From Eledone cirrhosa (lineage: Eukaryota), in the NCBI GenBank assembly GCA_964016885.1, contig OZ024740.1:109740001-109804000 (forward strand): DNA of 64,000 nt. Reading direction: 5' to 3'. This document shows, in pieces, positions 24,560-35,714 of this stretch (within the stretch, counting starts at the first letter, position 1; each line of letters opens with the position of its first letter). The notes below the pieces were generated by a model that saw only the letters and a program-made list of their open reading frames with translations, ran no database searches and was not told the DNA's origin. Both the position numbers and the translations under genes were made by a program.

Positions 24560-27500
24560 ATCATCATCATCATCATCATCATTTTACGTCCGCTTTTCCC
24601 TGCTTGCAAGGGTGGGACGGGTCTTATTCAGCACAGCATCTCTCCACTCGTCACGGTCCCTCGTCATCTCCACCGTGAGCTTCAATGATCTGAGGTCTGT
24701 TCTCACCACCTCCGCCCATGTTTTTCGTGGTCTACCTCTACCACGTCTTCCTTCAACTGGCATTTCCTGGCACTTCTTCACCCATCGGTCATCCTCCATG
24801 CGCATCACATGTCCATACCACCGCAGTCTCCTCTCCCGTACACTACATTCTATCCCTCTCAGACACAGTTTCTCTCTCAACACATTTATGCTGGGTCGTT
24901 CACGCACATTTACACTGCACATCCAACGGAGCATGCTTGCCTCATTTCTCTCCAGCCGTCGCATATCCTCTGCGGTTGCTGCCCATGTCTCACTACCATG
25001 CAGCATCGCGCTCCTCACACAGGCATCATACAACCGGCCTTTCGTACGCAGGGAGAAACCCTTCTTCATCAACAGAGGAAGCAGCTCCCTAAACTTCTTC
25101 CAACCCGTCCTTATTCTAGATACTATGGCCTCGGAACACCCTCCTCCCATGCTAATCTGATCTCCTAGGTACCGGAAGCTATCCACCACTTCTATAGCGC
25201 CCTCTCGCATTTGAAAAATGTGTCTATCAGTGCGACTTCTACTGTCTAATTTCCCTGTACATCTACTGCATACATATTTCTCCCTACCTGTTAGTTTGCC
25301 TGCTATCCCGCTACATCTCTTGTGTACCCAGGACCTGCATTGTGTGCATTTTATAGAATTTATGCCAGTTCCTTTTCTGCATATCGAACATGGCCATTTC
25401 CCTGACGGAATCAGGGTTTTTGTCCTCTTTTCTACTCATCAACACTTTTGTCTTAGCTAGATTTACTCTCAGTCCTCTTGCTTCCAACTGCTGTTTCCAT
25501 AGCCGGAATTTATTCTCTAGCTCCTCTACTGATTCTGCCATAAGAGCCAGATCGTCAGCATAGAGAAGTTCCCATGGACAGCCAGTCTTAAACTCCTCTG
25601 TTATGGCTTGGAGGACTATAATGAACAAGAGCGGGCTGAGGACCGAACCCTGATGTACTCCTACTTGTATCTGGAATTCCTCACTAAACTCCATTCCTAC
25701 CCTGACTTTACTGAGAGTACCTCTGTACAAAGTTTGCACTGTCCTCACAAGCCATTCCTCAACACCCAGCTTCCTTAGGGACCACCAGATGACAGATCGG
25801 GGTACCCTATCAAAGGCCTTCTCTAGGTCAACAAAGCCTAAGTATAGTGGCTTATTCTTCTCTAAGAACCTCTCTTGCATTTTTCTCACCAAGAAGAGGG
25901 CATCTGTTGTACTCTTCCCAGGCACAAAACCAAACTGCATCTCATCTAGTTTGACCCTTTCTCTAATTAGTTGTGCTAAAATCCTTTCTGCCACTTTCAT
26001 AACCTGATCTATCAGTTTTATACCCCTATAATTGCTCCTCTCCAAAGCATCCCCTTTACCTTTGTAGCAATTTATGAGAATACTGCTGCACCAGTCTTTG
26101 GGTATGACACCACCATATATAGCCTGATTGATGATGCGTGCAACCAGTTTAGTGCCTACGTCGCCTGATGCCTTCAGCATCTCAGCAACTATTCCCGATG
26201 GTCCGGCCGCCTTACCATTTTTCATTTCCCTAATCGCCTCTTGGACCCTATATTCGTCAATCTCAATAGCTGGTCCCTCTGTCGGATTTACCAAGGGTAA
26301 TTTCTCTCTCTCCCATTCGTTCTCCACATTCATCAGTCTCTCATAATGACATTTCCAGGCCTCCTTTTTCTGGTCATTCGTGACACTAAGTACACCGGCA
26401 TCATCCCGGACACATTTATCACCAACAACATCCTGATTTGCATTGACACACTGCCTTGCAATGTGGAACACCGCACGCCTCTGATCTTCCCATCGCAGAA
26501 CATTGGCAAACCTCCTACTCTCTGCCTCCCTGCGTGCTAAGTACACCTGACGTCTAGCTTCTCTCTTAGTGGCTGTATATTCTTCCCTACTCCCACCCTT
26601 TTTCCAAGCCTTCCATGCTAGTCTTTTGTCTCTAATAGCCTTATCTACTGTGCTGTTCCACCACCAGGTCACTCTCTGTCTGGTTGGAGCTCTGCTCCAG
26701 CCACAGGTTTCATCAGTAGCCTGCAGCAAGTTGTCACGTAAGAACTTCCAGTTATTATCTATGTCATACGTCTCTAAATCGTCTTCTTTTTCGTCATATA
26801 CATCTTGAAGGGCTTTCCTAAATTTGAATTTTAGTGAAAGGTCTTTTAGCTTCCAGACCTTTCTTCTCCACACCTTCCTATATGTCTCATTCCATCTCTT
26901 GCTTACTGAGATATCACTAACAACTAACCTATGCTGTGGGGTACATTCTTCCCCAGGGTATGCCTTGGTATTAGACACTATCTGCCTGTCCCGCTGCCTA
27001 ACTAGCAGGAAGTCAATCTGGCTTATGTGCTCACCAGATTTGTAGGTTATTAGGTGATTGGCAGGTTTCTGGAAGTTTGTGTTGCAAATAGTCAATGTAC
27101 TTGCATCACAAAATTCAAGAAGTCTCACTCCTTCTTCATTTCTTGAACCGTAACCGTGCCCACCATGTACCCCAGTGTAACCATCCTGGAGCTGTCCAAC
27201 ATGACCATTGAAGTCTCCTGCTAGCATAACGATGTCTCCGTCCTCTGTCATTGTGGTTGTTTGCAAAAGTTGCTCATAAAAGCAGTCTTTCTCATCTTTG
27301 CCTAGGCCTGCTTGGGGAGCATAGACCGAGATGATTGTCAGTAGTCTCCTACCTACAACTAATCTAAGCTTAATTATTCGATTACTAACTCGAACTACCT
27401 CTATTGTCTTATTGATCCATTTCTCAGCCAGGAAAATGCCTACTCCCCCTAACCCATCATCCTTACCTACCCAGAATAGCTTATAGCTAAGACGCTTGCC

Positions 27501-27842
27501 TACGACTAGTCTCGCAGAGGCACCTCTCCATCTCACCTCTTGCACGCAGCACACATCCACCTGCCTTCTCTCCAGCATCTCCGCTATTTCAGCAGATCTA
27601 CCTCTGAGAGTGCCAACATTAAGTGTTGCAACTCTGAGATGCGACGTCTTCATATTTTTCTATGCTGTTTTGTTGCTGTGCTGATAAGCTTTTTGGCATT
27701 GATACACTGGTTGGATGCCCTTCCTAACGCCAGCGCCACTTTACAGCATGGACTTGGTGCTTTTATTTGTGCCACCAGCACTAGAGAGGATGTCTTACTA
27801 GACTCAAGGGCCCTCTCTACCCCTCCATTTTACAGCATGGTC

Positions 27843-27875
<33 letters not shown>

Positions 27876-27975
27876 ATTGACACGACTCACACACCAATAC
27901 TCATGCATACAAACCACAACCACACATACCAACACTCATTCATGCATACAATCACGCACACCACTCACAAACATA
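24560..27975 (-). mobile_element. RTE-clade LINE family C, apparently full-length
   Basis: 5' UTR, ATG at 27653, APE + RT + C-terminus, stop at 24584, and (GAT)n tail. Flanked by TA repeats. Confidence 0.95.
24584..27653 (-). pseudogene. APE-RT polyprotein (about 1020 aa) with a single +1 frameshift
   Basis: The span is 3070 nt (3n+1). Removing one base of the T5 run at 25417-25421 joins the 780-aa ORF through KTLIPSGKWPCSICRKG... to the 208-aa ORF. Confidence 0.88.
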
Positions 27976-28746
27976 TATATATATACATATATTACCGACA
28001 GTACTGATATAAAATCAAAATCAAAATCAAAATCGTCAAAATCACTATCATGTCAACTGTTGACCTTTCCCTGTCCAGTTCGGCTTGTATATAATAACAA
28101 TAACAATAATAATTGTTTGCTTTACGCTGGTAATGGCGGTGGTGGATAGTGTCAGTGTGGTGGTGGTGGATGGTATCAGCGTGGTGGTGGTGGATGGTCA
28201 GTGATGGTGGTGGCAGTTGTTGGTGCTGTAGTTGTTATTGTAGTTGTTGTCGTTGTTGCTGTTGTTGCTGTCCTTCATTTCACTGCTGCTGTTGCTGCAG
28301 ACAATGGTGTTGATGCTGTTATTGCTGTCGCATATATACAAATACATACACACACATTCAACACAGACGATGGTGTTGTTGCTGTTGTTGTTGGTGTTGT
28401 TGTTGTTGTAGTTGTTGCTGTGTTGAAATCTGGTCGCATCCACTGAGATATACATATACACACGCATACACATATGTATATACACATACATACATCAAAA
28501 GAGAGTCAGCAGTATGTCAACAGGGGACAGGACAGCGACCTTAGAGTAATGTGGTGATGGTGGGGAGCGAGTGTAGGCGTTATTGTTATTGTGGTGACGG
28601 GGGCTCAGTGAGATGTTACAAGTTCATAGATCACTTCTCTCTTTTCCTCTCTCTTCAAAATTTTGAATTCATGGCCTTTTGCAATGGCGGACAAGTATAT
28701 ATAATATATATATATGAAGCAAAGAAAAGAAAATGTTCACTGATAT

Positions 28747-29059
28747 GAAAGATTTCCTGGTAGAAGTTCAGGTGTATTCAGTGATTGGTATCCAGTTTCG
28801 GGGTATCCAATTAGAAAATCCAACGAATCTTTAAGAGGGGTCCACGCAACCATTGATATATATATATCTATATATGTAAAATGCAAGCAGAAATAACAAC
28901 GAAAGATTTCCTGGTAGAAGTTCAGGTGTATTCAGTGTTGGTATCCAGTGTTGGGGTATCCAATTAGAAAATCCAACGAATTTTTGAGAGGGGTCCACGC
29001 AAGCATATATATAGATATATATATATGTATATATGCAAAATGCAAGCAGAAATAACAAC
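28747..29059. repeat. About 154-bp tandem duplication
   Basis: gaaagatttcctggtagaagttcaggtgtattcagtg...gtccacgcaa...aaaatgcaagcagaaataacaac starts at 28747 and at 28901. Confidence 0.9.
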
Positions 29060-29299
29060 ACATATACTAATGAACATACATTAAACACAGAGGGACTGTA
29101 AATGATAATAGCAATATCTAGATATAAATATATAAATGTACATATCTCTATTGGTCTCATAAATTTTAAATTTTCTCTTTCCTCTTGTGTGTGTGTGTAG
29201 CAACACGTGGTTGTGTGTTGCTGCTGACTCTAGCAGAGCCCAAGAAAACACGTCTTGCCCTAACAGCCGCTGCTCCCTATATATATATATATATATACA

Positions 29300-29752
29300 C
29301 ACACCAAACTGCATAAAATTTTTTGTATTTTCATTGGTCAATTTGAACTCTGTTCCCAAACGGACCTGAAATTTTGAATTGTTGTTATTATCAATAAATA
29401 TATTTCATTATTTCTGAAGACGGCATATATGTGTGTTTGGTATGTATATTTAATCTTGATAGTTTGTATAATTTTGTATAATTTTGTACATAGATCTGTT
29501 GAATATGCATGCCAATTCTAACACATATATATCCTAGAAACGATCGTTAAATAATGAACTTTTTTTGTTTAATATAAGGAACTGTTTCATTGTTTTATTC
29601 ATTATTTTTTTAATATTTTATCTTGACTCTGTATTCCGTTTATCTTTCACCGAAAGTGATTTTTCATTGCATCTCTTCTTTCCATGATATCCGGACTACA
29701 TTGAGTTCTTCATACGGATTGGACACTACCGTAAACTCTTGGTAGATTTATC
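29300..29752 (+). mobile_element. Penelope-like element 3' end
   Basis: The remnant TLFPNG(L) at 29347-29370 resembles the L.TL.P.GLN C-terminus of PLE GIY-YIG endonucleases. It is followed by a hammerhead. TA flanks. Confidence 0.7.
29404..29558 (+). ncRNA. Type I hammerhead ribozyme with a ~116-nt helix II domain
   Basis: TTCATTATTT-CTGAAGA(29414)...GAAAC(29537)-GATC-GTT-AAATAATGAA. Perfect 10-bp helix I, palindromic helix III ACGATCGT, and helix II arms atatatgtgtgtt / aacacatatatat. Confidence 0.8.
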
Positions 29753-29755
29753 TAC

Positions 29756-29792
<37 letters not shown>

Positions 29793-30665
29793 TATGTATA
29801 TATATATACACACACACAGACTCACAAACAAACCGTTGGCTCTGGGACATCTGTCAAAGATCACACTAGTTCCACTTGACTGATGTGTAGGTGAGGCTGA
29901 CAGCTTGAACCAAGCTTGACATCTAACAAATGTCACTCCAAACATCAACTGAACATTCAGTAAGCCAGTGACACCCCAAATACAGAGAAGAACACCCAGA
30001 AGACCCACCAGACTCTGACTTTACCAGGGTGACAATACAGCAAACAGAAAACATTGCTGGATTCTACTAAGATTAATAGCTCTGCCAAAATGTAAACATC
30101 ACTATATTATTGATGAAAGCACCAAGTGAAAAATTGGTTGTTTTAGTGCCATAACAAAAAGCACTCAGTCTACACTGTAAAATGGTCATTTTGATATGAC
30201 AACAAAGAGTACCCAGTCAACACCATAATCACCTAGTCCATGCTGTAAATGTGGTTGACATTAGGAAAGGCATCCAGCTGTAGAAACCAAGCCAAAGTCA
30301 GTTCTGAATGAGCAAGATATAGTCATTTGATCTGACTTGCCTCAAAATGCTAGCATGGAAAAATAGACATTAAACGGTGACGATGATGACCTGAACCAAC
30401 CAATGGCGGCTTTTAGCAACATGTGACATGAATCAACCAATGGAGGCTCTTAGGAGCATACCATATGACCTGAATCAATCAATGGAGGCTGTTACAAGCA
30501 TGGCCGCAAACTCCATCCGCCATCTAGTTTCACTTTTCTCAAAATGGACCTGATGACTTTGACCATTGGTAGTGCAGAGTTAAGTCAAACTGTCAACATA
30601 AATACTCCACTTCCACATTATGTGTACATTGCTCATTTCTTTCATTTGTAATTACAACTGTATAT

Positions 30666-30990
30666 CATGTTCATCATGATCATCATCATTTTACATCCGC
30701 TTTTCCCTGCTTGCAAGGGTGGGATGGGTCCTATGCAGCACAACATCTCTCCACTTGTCACGGTCCTTCGTCATCTCCTCCATGAGCTTCAGCGATCTGA
30801 GGTCCACTCTCACCACTTCTGCCCATGTTTTTTGTGGTCATCCTCTACTGTGTCTTCCTTCTACTGGGATTTCTTGGCACTTCTTTACCCAGGAGTCATC
30901 CTCCATGCGCATCACATGTCCATACCATCGCAGTCTTCTCTCCCACACACTACAACTTATCCCTCTTATACATAGTTTCCCTCTCAACTG
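30666..30990 (-). mobile_element. RTE family C 3' fragment
   Basis: Collinear with 24560-24882 (ERRLRWYGHVMRMEDD). Confidence 0.9.
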
Positions 30991-31078
30991 ATCTATATAT
31001 ATATATATATATATATATATCATATATATATATATATCATCATCACCATTTTACATCAATTTATATATATATATATAC

Positions 31079-33843
31079 GACAACCACCTGATCACCTATA
31101 GATCAGGGGAGCACTCTAGTCAGTTAGATTTTATCCTCATCAGAGGACGTGACAGATGGACGGTCGTAAACACAAAAGCCTTCCCTAGTGAGGAATGTAC
31201 ATCCCAACATAGCTTAGTTGTCAGCGACCTCACGGTCAGAACTAGACGAGCCCTGAAACAGAGGCCAACCTGGAGAAGAAAGATCTGGAAGCTGAAAGTC
31301 CCCTCAACCAGTAACAGATTTAAAGATATTTTACTCAACGCCTACGACAGTAAAGAAGAACAGATAGAGACATTTAACGTAGAAGAGAACTGGGAGTTCC
31401 TAAAAAATAACTTACTAGAGGCGACGGATGAGGTTTGTGGCTGGAGTAAGACCTCAAGCAGGAGGAGAGTGACTTGGTGGTGGAACAATAAGGTAGATGA
31501 AGCAGTCAAGGCCAAGAGACAGGCATGGAAAGAATGGAAGAACGGGGGGAGCAGGGTACATTACATAGAGACCAAGAGGGAAGCTAGGCGACAAGTATAC
31601 TTAGCTAGGAGGGAAGCAGAGGATAGAAAATTCAAGCATGTTTTACAACGTGAGGACCAGAAACAGGAGGTATTCAAGATTGCGAGGCAGTGTGTCAGAG
31701 ATAGTTGTGATGTCATTGGAGAGAAGTGTATCCGGAATGATAAAGGTGAGCTTGCCCTCACAAGTGCTGAGAAGAAAGATGCATGGAAGAGTCATTATGA
31801 TAGATTACTAAATGAGGAGAATGCATGGGAAGAAGAGACCCTACCCCACGTAGACCCTATAGAGGGACCAGCAGTACAAGTCAGCGGCAGCGTAGTAAGT
31901 AAGGCAATCAGAGATATGAAGATAGGGAAGGCAACCGGTCCATCGGGTATAGCTGCCGAGATGCTGAAGGCATCTGGGTCTGTAGGTCACACTATAACCA
32001 CACGTATCGTTAACCAGGTAATACTAGAGGGGGCCATACCAAAAGATTGGTGCAGTAGCATCATTGTCAACTGCTACAAAGGTAAAGGCGATGCACTAGA
32101 TAGAGGAAACTATAGAGGTATAAAGTTGATGGACCAGGTCATGAAAGTAACAGAAAGAGTTATAGCACAGCTGATTAGGGACCGGGTGAATATAGACGAG
32201 ATGCAATTTGGGTTTGTTCCAGGGAAAGGCACCACTGATGCGCTCTTCCTTGTGAGGCAATTACAGGAAAAGTACCTAGCTAAAAGTAAGCCACTCTACT
32301 TGGCATTTGTCGACCTTGAGAAAGCCTTTGACAGAGTTCCACGTGCAGTAATCTGGTGGGCTCTTAGAAAACTAGGAGTAGATGAATGGCTTGTGAAAGC
32401 GGTACAAGCTATGTATAGGGGAGCAGTCAGCAAAGTTAGGATTGGCAATGAGTATAGCGAGGAATTTAGCGTACAGGTTGGGGTCCACCAGGGCTCTGTT
32501 CTTAGCCCTCTCCTGTTCATCATAGTCCTGCAGGCAATAACGGAGGAGTTTAAGACCGGATGCCCATGGGAACTCCTGTATGCTGATGACCTCGCACTCA
32601 TAGCTGAATCTATGGTAGAACTAGAGAATAAATTCCAAACCTGGAAGCAGGGACTAGAGAGAAAGGGCCTCAAAGTCAACATGACAAAGACTAAGGTCCT
32701 TATAAGTAGACGAGAAAACAGAACCCAGATCCCCTCAGGGAAATGGCCTTGCTCAGTATGTAGGAAAGGTGTAGGTAGGAACTCCATTCTTTGCCCCAAA
32801 TGCAAACAATGGGTACACAAGAGATGTAGCGGGATCTCAGGAAGCTTAATTAAGAATGTAGGATTCACATGCAGCAGCTGTGCTGAAACAGCAAGCAAAC
32901 AGCCAAAGGAAACAAGTACCACCAATCTCTGGGAGGGCCCTGTAGAAACAGTAGACAGCTTCTGCTACCTAGGTGACCGAATTAGCAACGGAGGTGGGTG
33001 CTCAGAAAGTACAATAACTAGGGTAAGAACGGGATGGAAGAAGTTTAGGGAACTACTACCACTGCTAGCTGCAAAAGGCTTCTCCCTCAGAATGAAAGGC
33101 AGACTGTATGATGCGTGTATCCGAACAGCGATGTTGCATGGTAGTGAGACCTGGGCGCTGAAGGTGGAAGACTTACGTAGATTAGAGAGAAACGAAGCCT
33201 GCATGCTCCGATGGATGTGTAACAGTAATATACGTGAACGACAAAGCATAAATGAATTGAGAGAGAGACTGAGCATAAGAGGAATCAAATGCTGCGTGCA
33301 GGAGAGGCGGTTACGCTGGTATGGACATGTGATGCGTATGAAGGATGACAGCTGCATAAAAAGGTGCAGAGCACTAGAAGTTGATGGAAACCGCGGAGTG
33401 GGGAGACCCAAGATGACTTGGGATGAGGTGATAAAAGCCGACCTTACCCAACTACACCTCTCAAAGTCAATGACACACGACCGTGACTTCTGGCGTCACG
33501 CAGTAATACAGGGTACCCGACCTCCCATGGGTACATGCTGAAGCATATAAACAATATGCCCCCCCCCCCACCGCAAGGTGGTCGTGGAGGTGCCACGGCA
33601 AAAAAGCACCCAGCCCACACTGTAAAGTGGACGTGTAGGCGCCACGAAAAAGCACCCAGCACTCACTGTAAATGAGGTTGGTGTTAGGAAGGGCATCCAG
33701 CTGTAGAAATCAAGCCAGATCAGTTCCTGTATGAGCAAGGCATGGTCAGCCGACCAGACACTGCCCACAACAGGACAACCCGTCTAACCCATGCTAGCGT
33801 GGAAGAACGGACGTAAAACGGTGATGATGATGATGATGATGAT
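31079..33843 (+). mobile_element. RTE family A copy 2, 5'-truncated
   Basis: Starts in late APE (DNHLITYRSG), is collinear with copy 1, and has a full 3' UTR and (GAT)n tail. Confidence 0.96.
31469..33541 (+). CDS. Reverse transcriptase ORF of RTE family A (uninterrupted; the frame is also open upstream)
   Basis: 690 aa with RT motifs (DLEKAFD, QGSVLSP, YADD), a Cys/His finger and RLRWYGHV. Confidence 0.9.
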   Translation: MTWWWNNKVDEAVKAKRQAWKEWKNGGSRVHYIETKREARRQVYLARREAEDRKFKHVLQREDQKQEVFKIARQCVRDSCDVIGEKCIRNDKGELALTSAEKKDAWKSHYDRLLNEENAWEEETLPHVDPIEGPAVQVSGSVVSKAIRDMKIGKATGPSGIAAEMLKASGSVGHTITTRIVNQVILEGAIPKDWCSSIIVNCYKGKGDALDRGNYRGIKLMDQVMKVTERVIAQLIRDRVNIDEMQFGFVPGKGTTDALFLVRQLQEKYLAKSKPLYLAFVDLEKAFDRVPRAVIWWALRKLGVDEWLVKAVQAMYRGAVSKVRIGNEYSEEFSVQVGVHQGSVLSPLLFIIVLQAITEEFKTGCPWELLYADDLALIAESMVELENKFQTWKQGLERKGLKVNMTKTKVLISRRENRTQIPSGKWPCSVCRKGVGRNSILCPKCKQWVHKRCSGISGSLIKNVGFTCSSCAETASKQPKETSTTNLWEGPVETVDSFCYLGDRISNGGGCSESTITRVRTGWKKFRELLPLLAAKGFSLRMKGRLYDACIRTAMLHGSETWALKVEDLRRLERNEACMLRWMCNSNIRERQSINELRERLSIRGIKCCVQERRLRWYGHVMRMKDDSCIKRCRALEVDGNRGVGRPKMTWDEVIKADLTQLHLSKSMTHDRDFWRHAVIQGTRPPMGTC

Positions 33844-33846
33844 ATA

Positions 33847-33955
33847 TGTATATATACATGTATATATTCTTAGACACATACACATGTATATATTCTTAGA
33901 CACACACACATGTATATATTCTTAGACACACACACATGTATATATTCTTAGAGAC
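33847..33955. repeat. 28-bp minisatellite, 4 copies
   Basis: Repeated acatgtatatattcttagacacacac. Confidence 0.85.
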
Positions 33956-34519
33956 GCACAACCACATATATATAAATATATATATAGCTGTAAAAGCATT
34001 TGGAGATTTTCAGTACAAATATTTATAAGTAGAGATAACAAGAATGTGAAGTCTAAAAGAAAATACAAACCCTATTGGTCATGGTGGTAGTGATGGTGGT
34101 GGTAGAGATAGTGGTAGAAAGTGGTGGCATGAATAATAGAGTTAATGGTGATGGTGGTAATTGTGGTGTTGATGATTTTAGTAATGGTAGTGGTGGTGCT
34201 AACAGCGATAGTAGTATTTGTAGTAGGAGTGGTAGTATGTGATGTGGTGGTTTGCGTAGTGGTGATAGTGATAGTATTAGTAGAGGTGACAGTAATGATT
34301 GCAAGGGTAGTGATTATGGTAGTTGTGATGGTCATGTCGGTAGTATTATAAGTGGTAATGCTGGAATTGATTTAAATTAAAAACAAAAATAAAAGACAGA
34401 TGCTACAAGATATATAAATGAAATTTCAGAATCAGATATATATTGTATAAATTTGGTACCTAATAGGTGTTATTTATGCACACACAGAGATGATGATGGT
34501 GATGATGATGATGATGATG

Positions 34520-34560
<41 letters not shown>

Positions 34561-34564
<4 letters not shown>

Positions 34565-34897
34565 GTTGGTAGAAATCTGTAGATGAAAGATCAAGGAAAA
34601 CAGTGCTCAATATGTTGGAAGAGAGCTTATTAAGTATAAACAAAGTTTCATACACTTAACATGTATGTGCTACCATTGGTTTGGGGGTCATGGCCACCAC
34701 TGTATAATGGAGGAGGTAATTTTAAATTGGCCCTTTATACAGGCACAAGGACACAAATATGAAAAGGGAAGTTGTCCCATAACTAATCCTTCCTCTGAAC
34801 GTTCAGTGCCTCCTCCATTATACTGTGGTGGCCATGACTGGACCCTGAAACCAATGGTAGCATATACATGTTAAGTGTATGAAACTTTGTTTATACT
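34561..34897. mobile_element. Asymmetric fold-back element in (TA)n
   Basis: About 85-bp arms at 34633-34716 and 34809-34897; the left arm extends further. GAAACCAATGGTA resembles a hammerhead 3' half. Confidence 0.7.
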
Positions 34898-35183
34898 ATA
34901 TATATATATATATATATATATACACGTAAATAAAGCCGTTATTGCTTCAATCGGTCCACAAACATTCAGAAAACCTCCTAAACTGAATATGAAGCTGCAC
35001 TCATGCCAAACCAAATCATACTCTGCCTCAAAATGCAGCAAATCAAACATTTATACAAATATAAACCATGACAAAAATGGAACATATGAATGAGATGGCC
35101 TTGAACCTGCCTTATCTCAGACTATGATGATCCGTTCAAACCATATCAGCATAGAAAGCAGATGTAAATACACACACACACAC

Positions 35184-35431
35184 CATCATCATCATCATCA
35201 TCATCGTTTAACGTCCATGTTCCACGCTTGCATGGGTTTGGACGGGAGTTTTCCCACTTGAGGCAAGAGTGGTTGTCTTGCTCGCATAGGACTGTCTGGC
35301 GGGTTTTCTACAGCTGGATGCCCTTCCTAACACCAACCACATTTACAGTGTGGGACTGGGAGGTTTTTACCGTGTTGCCTACACGGCCACATTACAGTGT
35401 GGACTGTGTGTTTTTTTGTCGTGACACCTAC
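35184..35431 (-). mobile_element. RTE family B 3' UTR fragment
   Basis: Matches 18116-18366. Confidence 0.9.
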
Positions 35432-35446
35432 ACATATATATATATA

Positions 35447-35635
35447 TCAGATAGGGTGTGGTAAAAACCAGCTAGACCATAACCTGCCAGAGTACTTGAT
35501 ACTTGGGTTAGTAGAGTGGGTAATATGAAAAGATTCAGGACCCCAATGGCTGAGCATTGGCCTTTTCAACAGCTAGATCCGAACTCGGATCTGCTATCAA
35601 AATGGCCAGAGCTCAGCCACCGGGGTACTGAATCT

Positions 35636-35641
<6 letters not shown>
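35447..35641. mobile_element. Older fold-back copy of family P1
   Basis: Homologous to 5161-5340. Imperfect arms 35525-35581 and 35586-35641 close on gatccg-aact-cggatc. (TA)n flanks. Confidence 0.7.
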
Positions 35642-35714
<73 letters not shown>

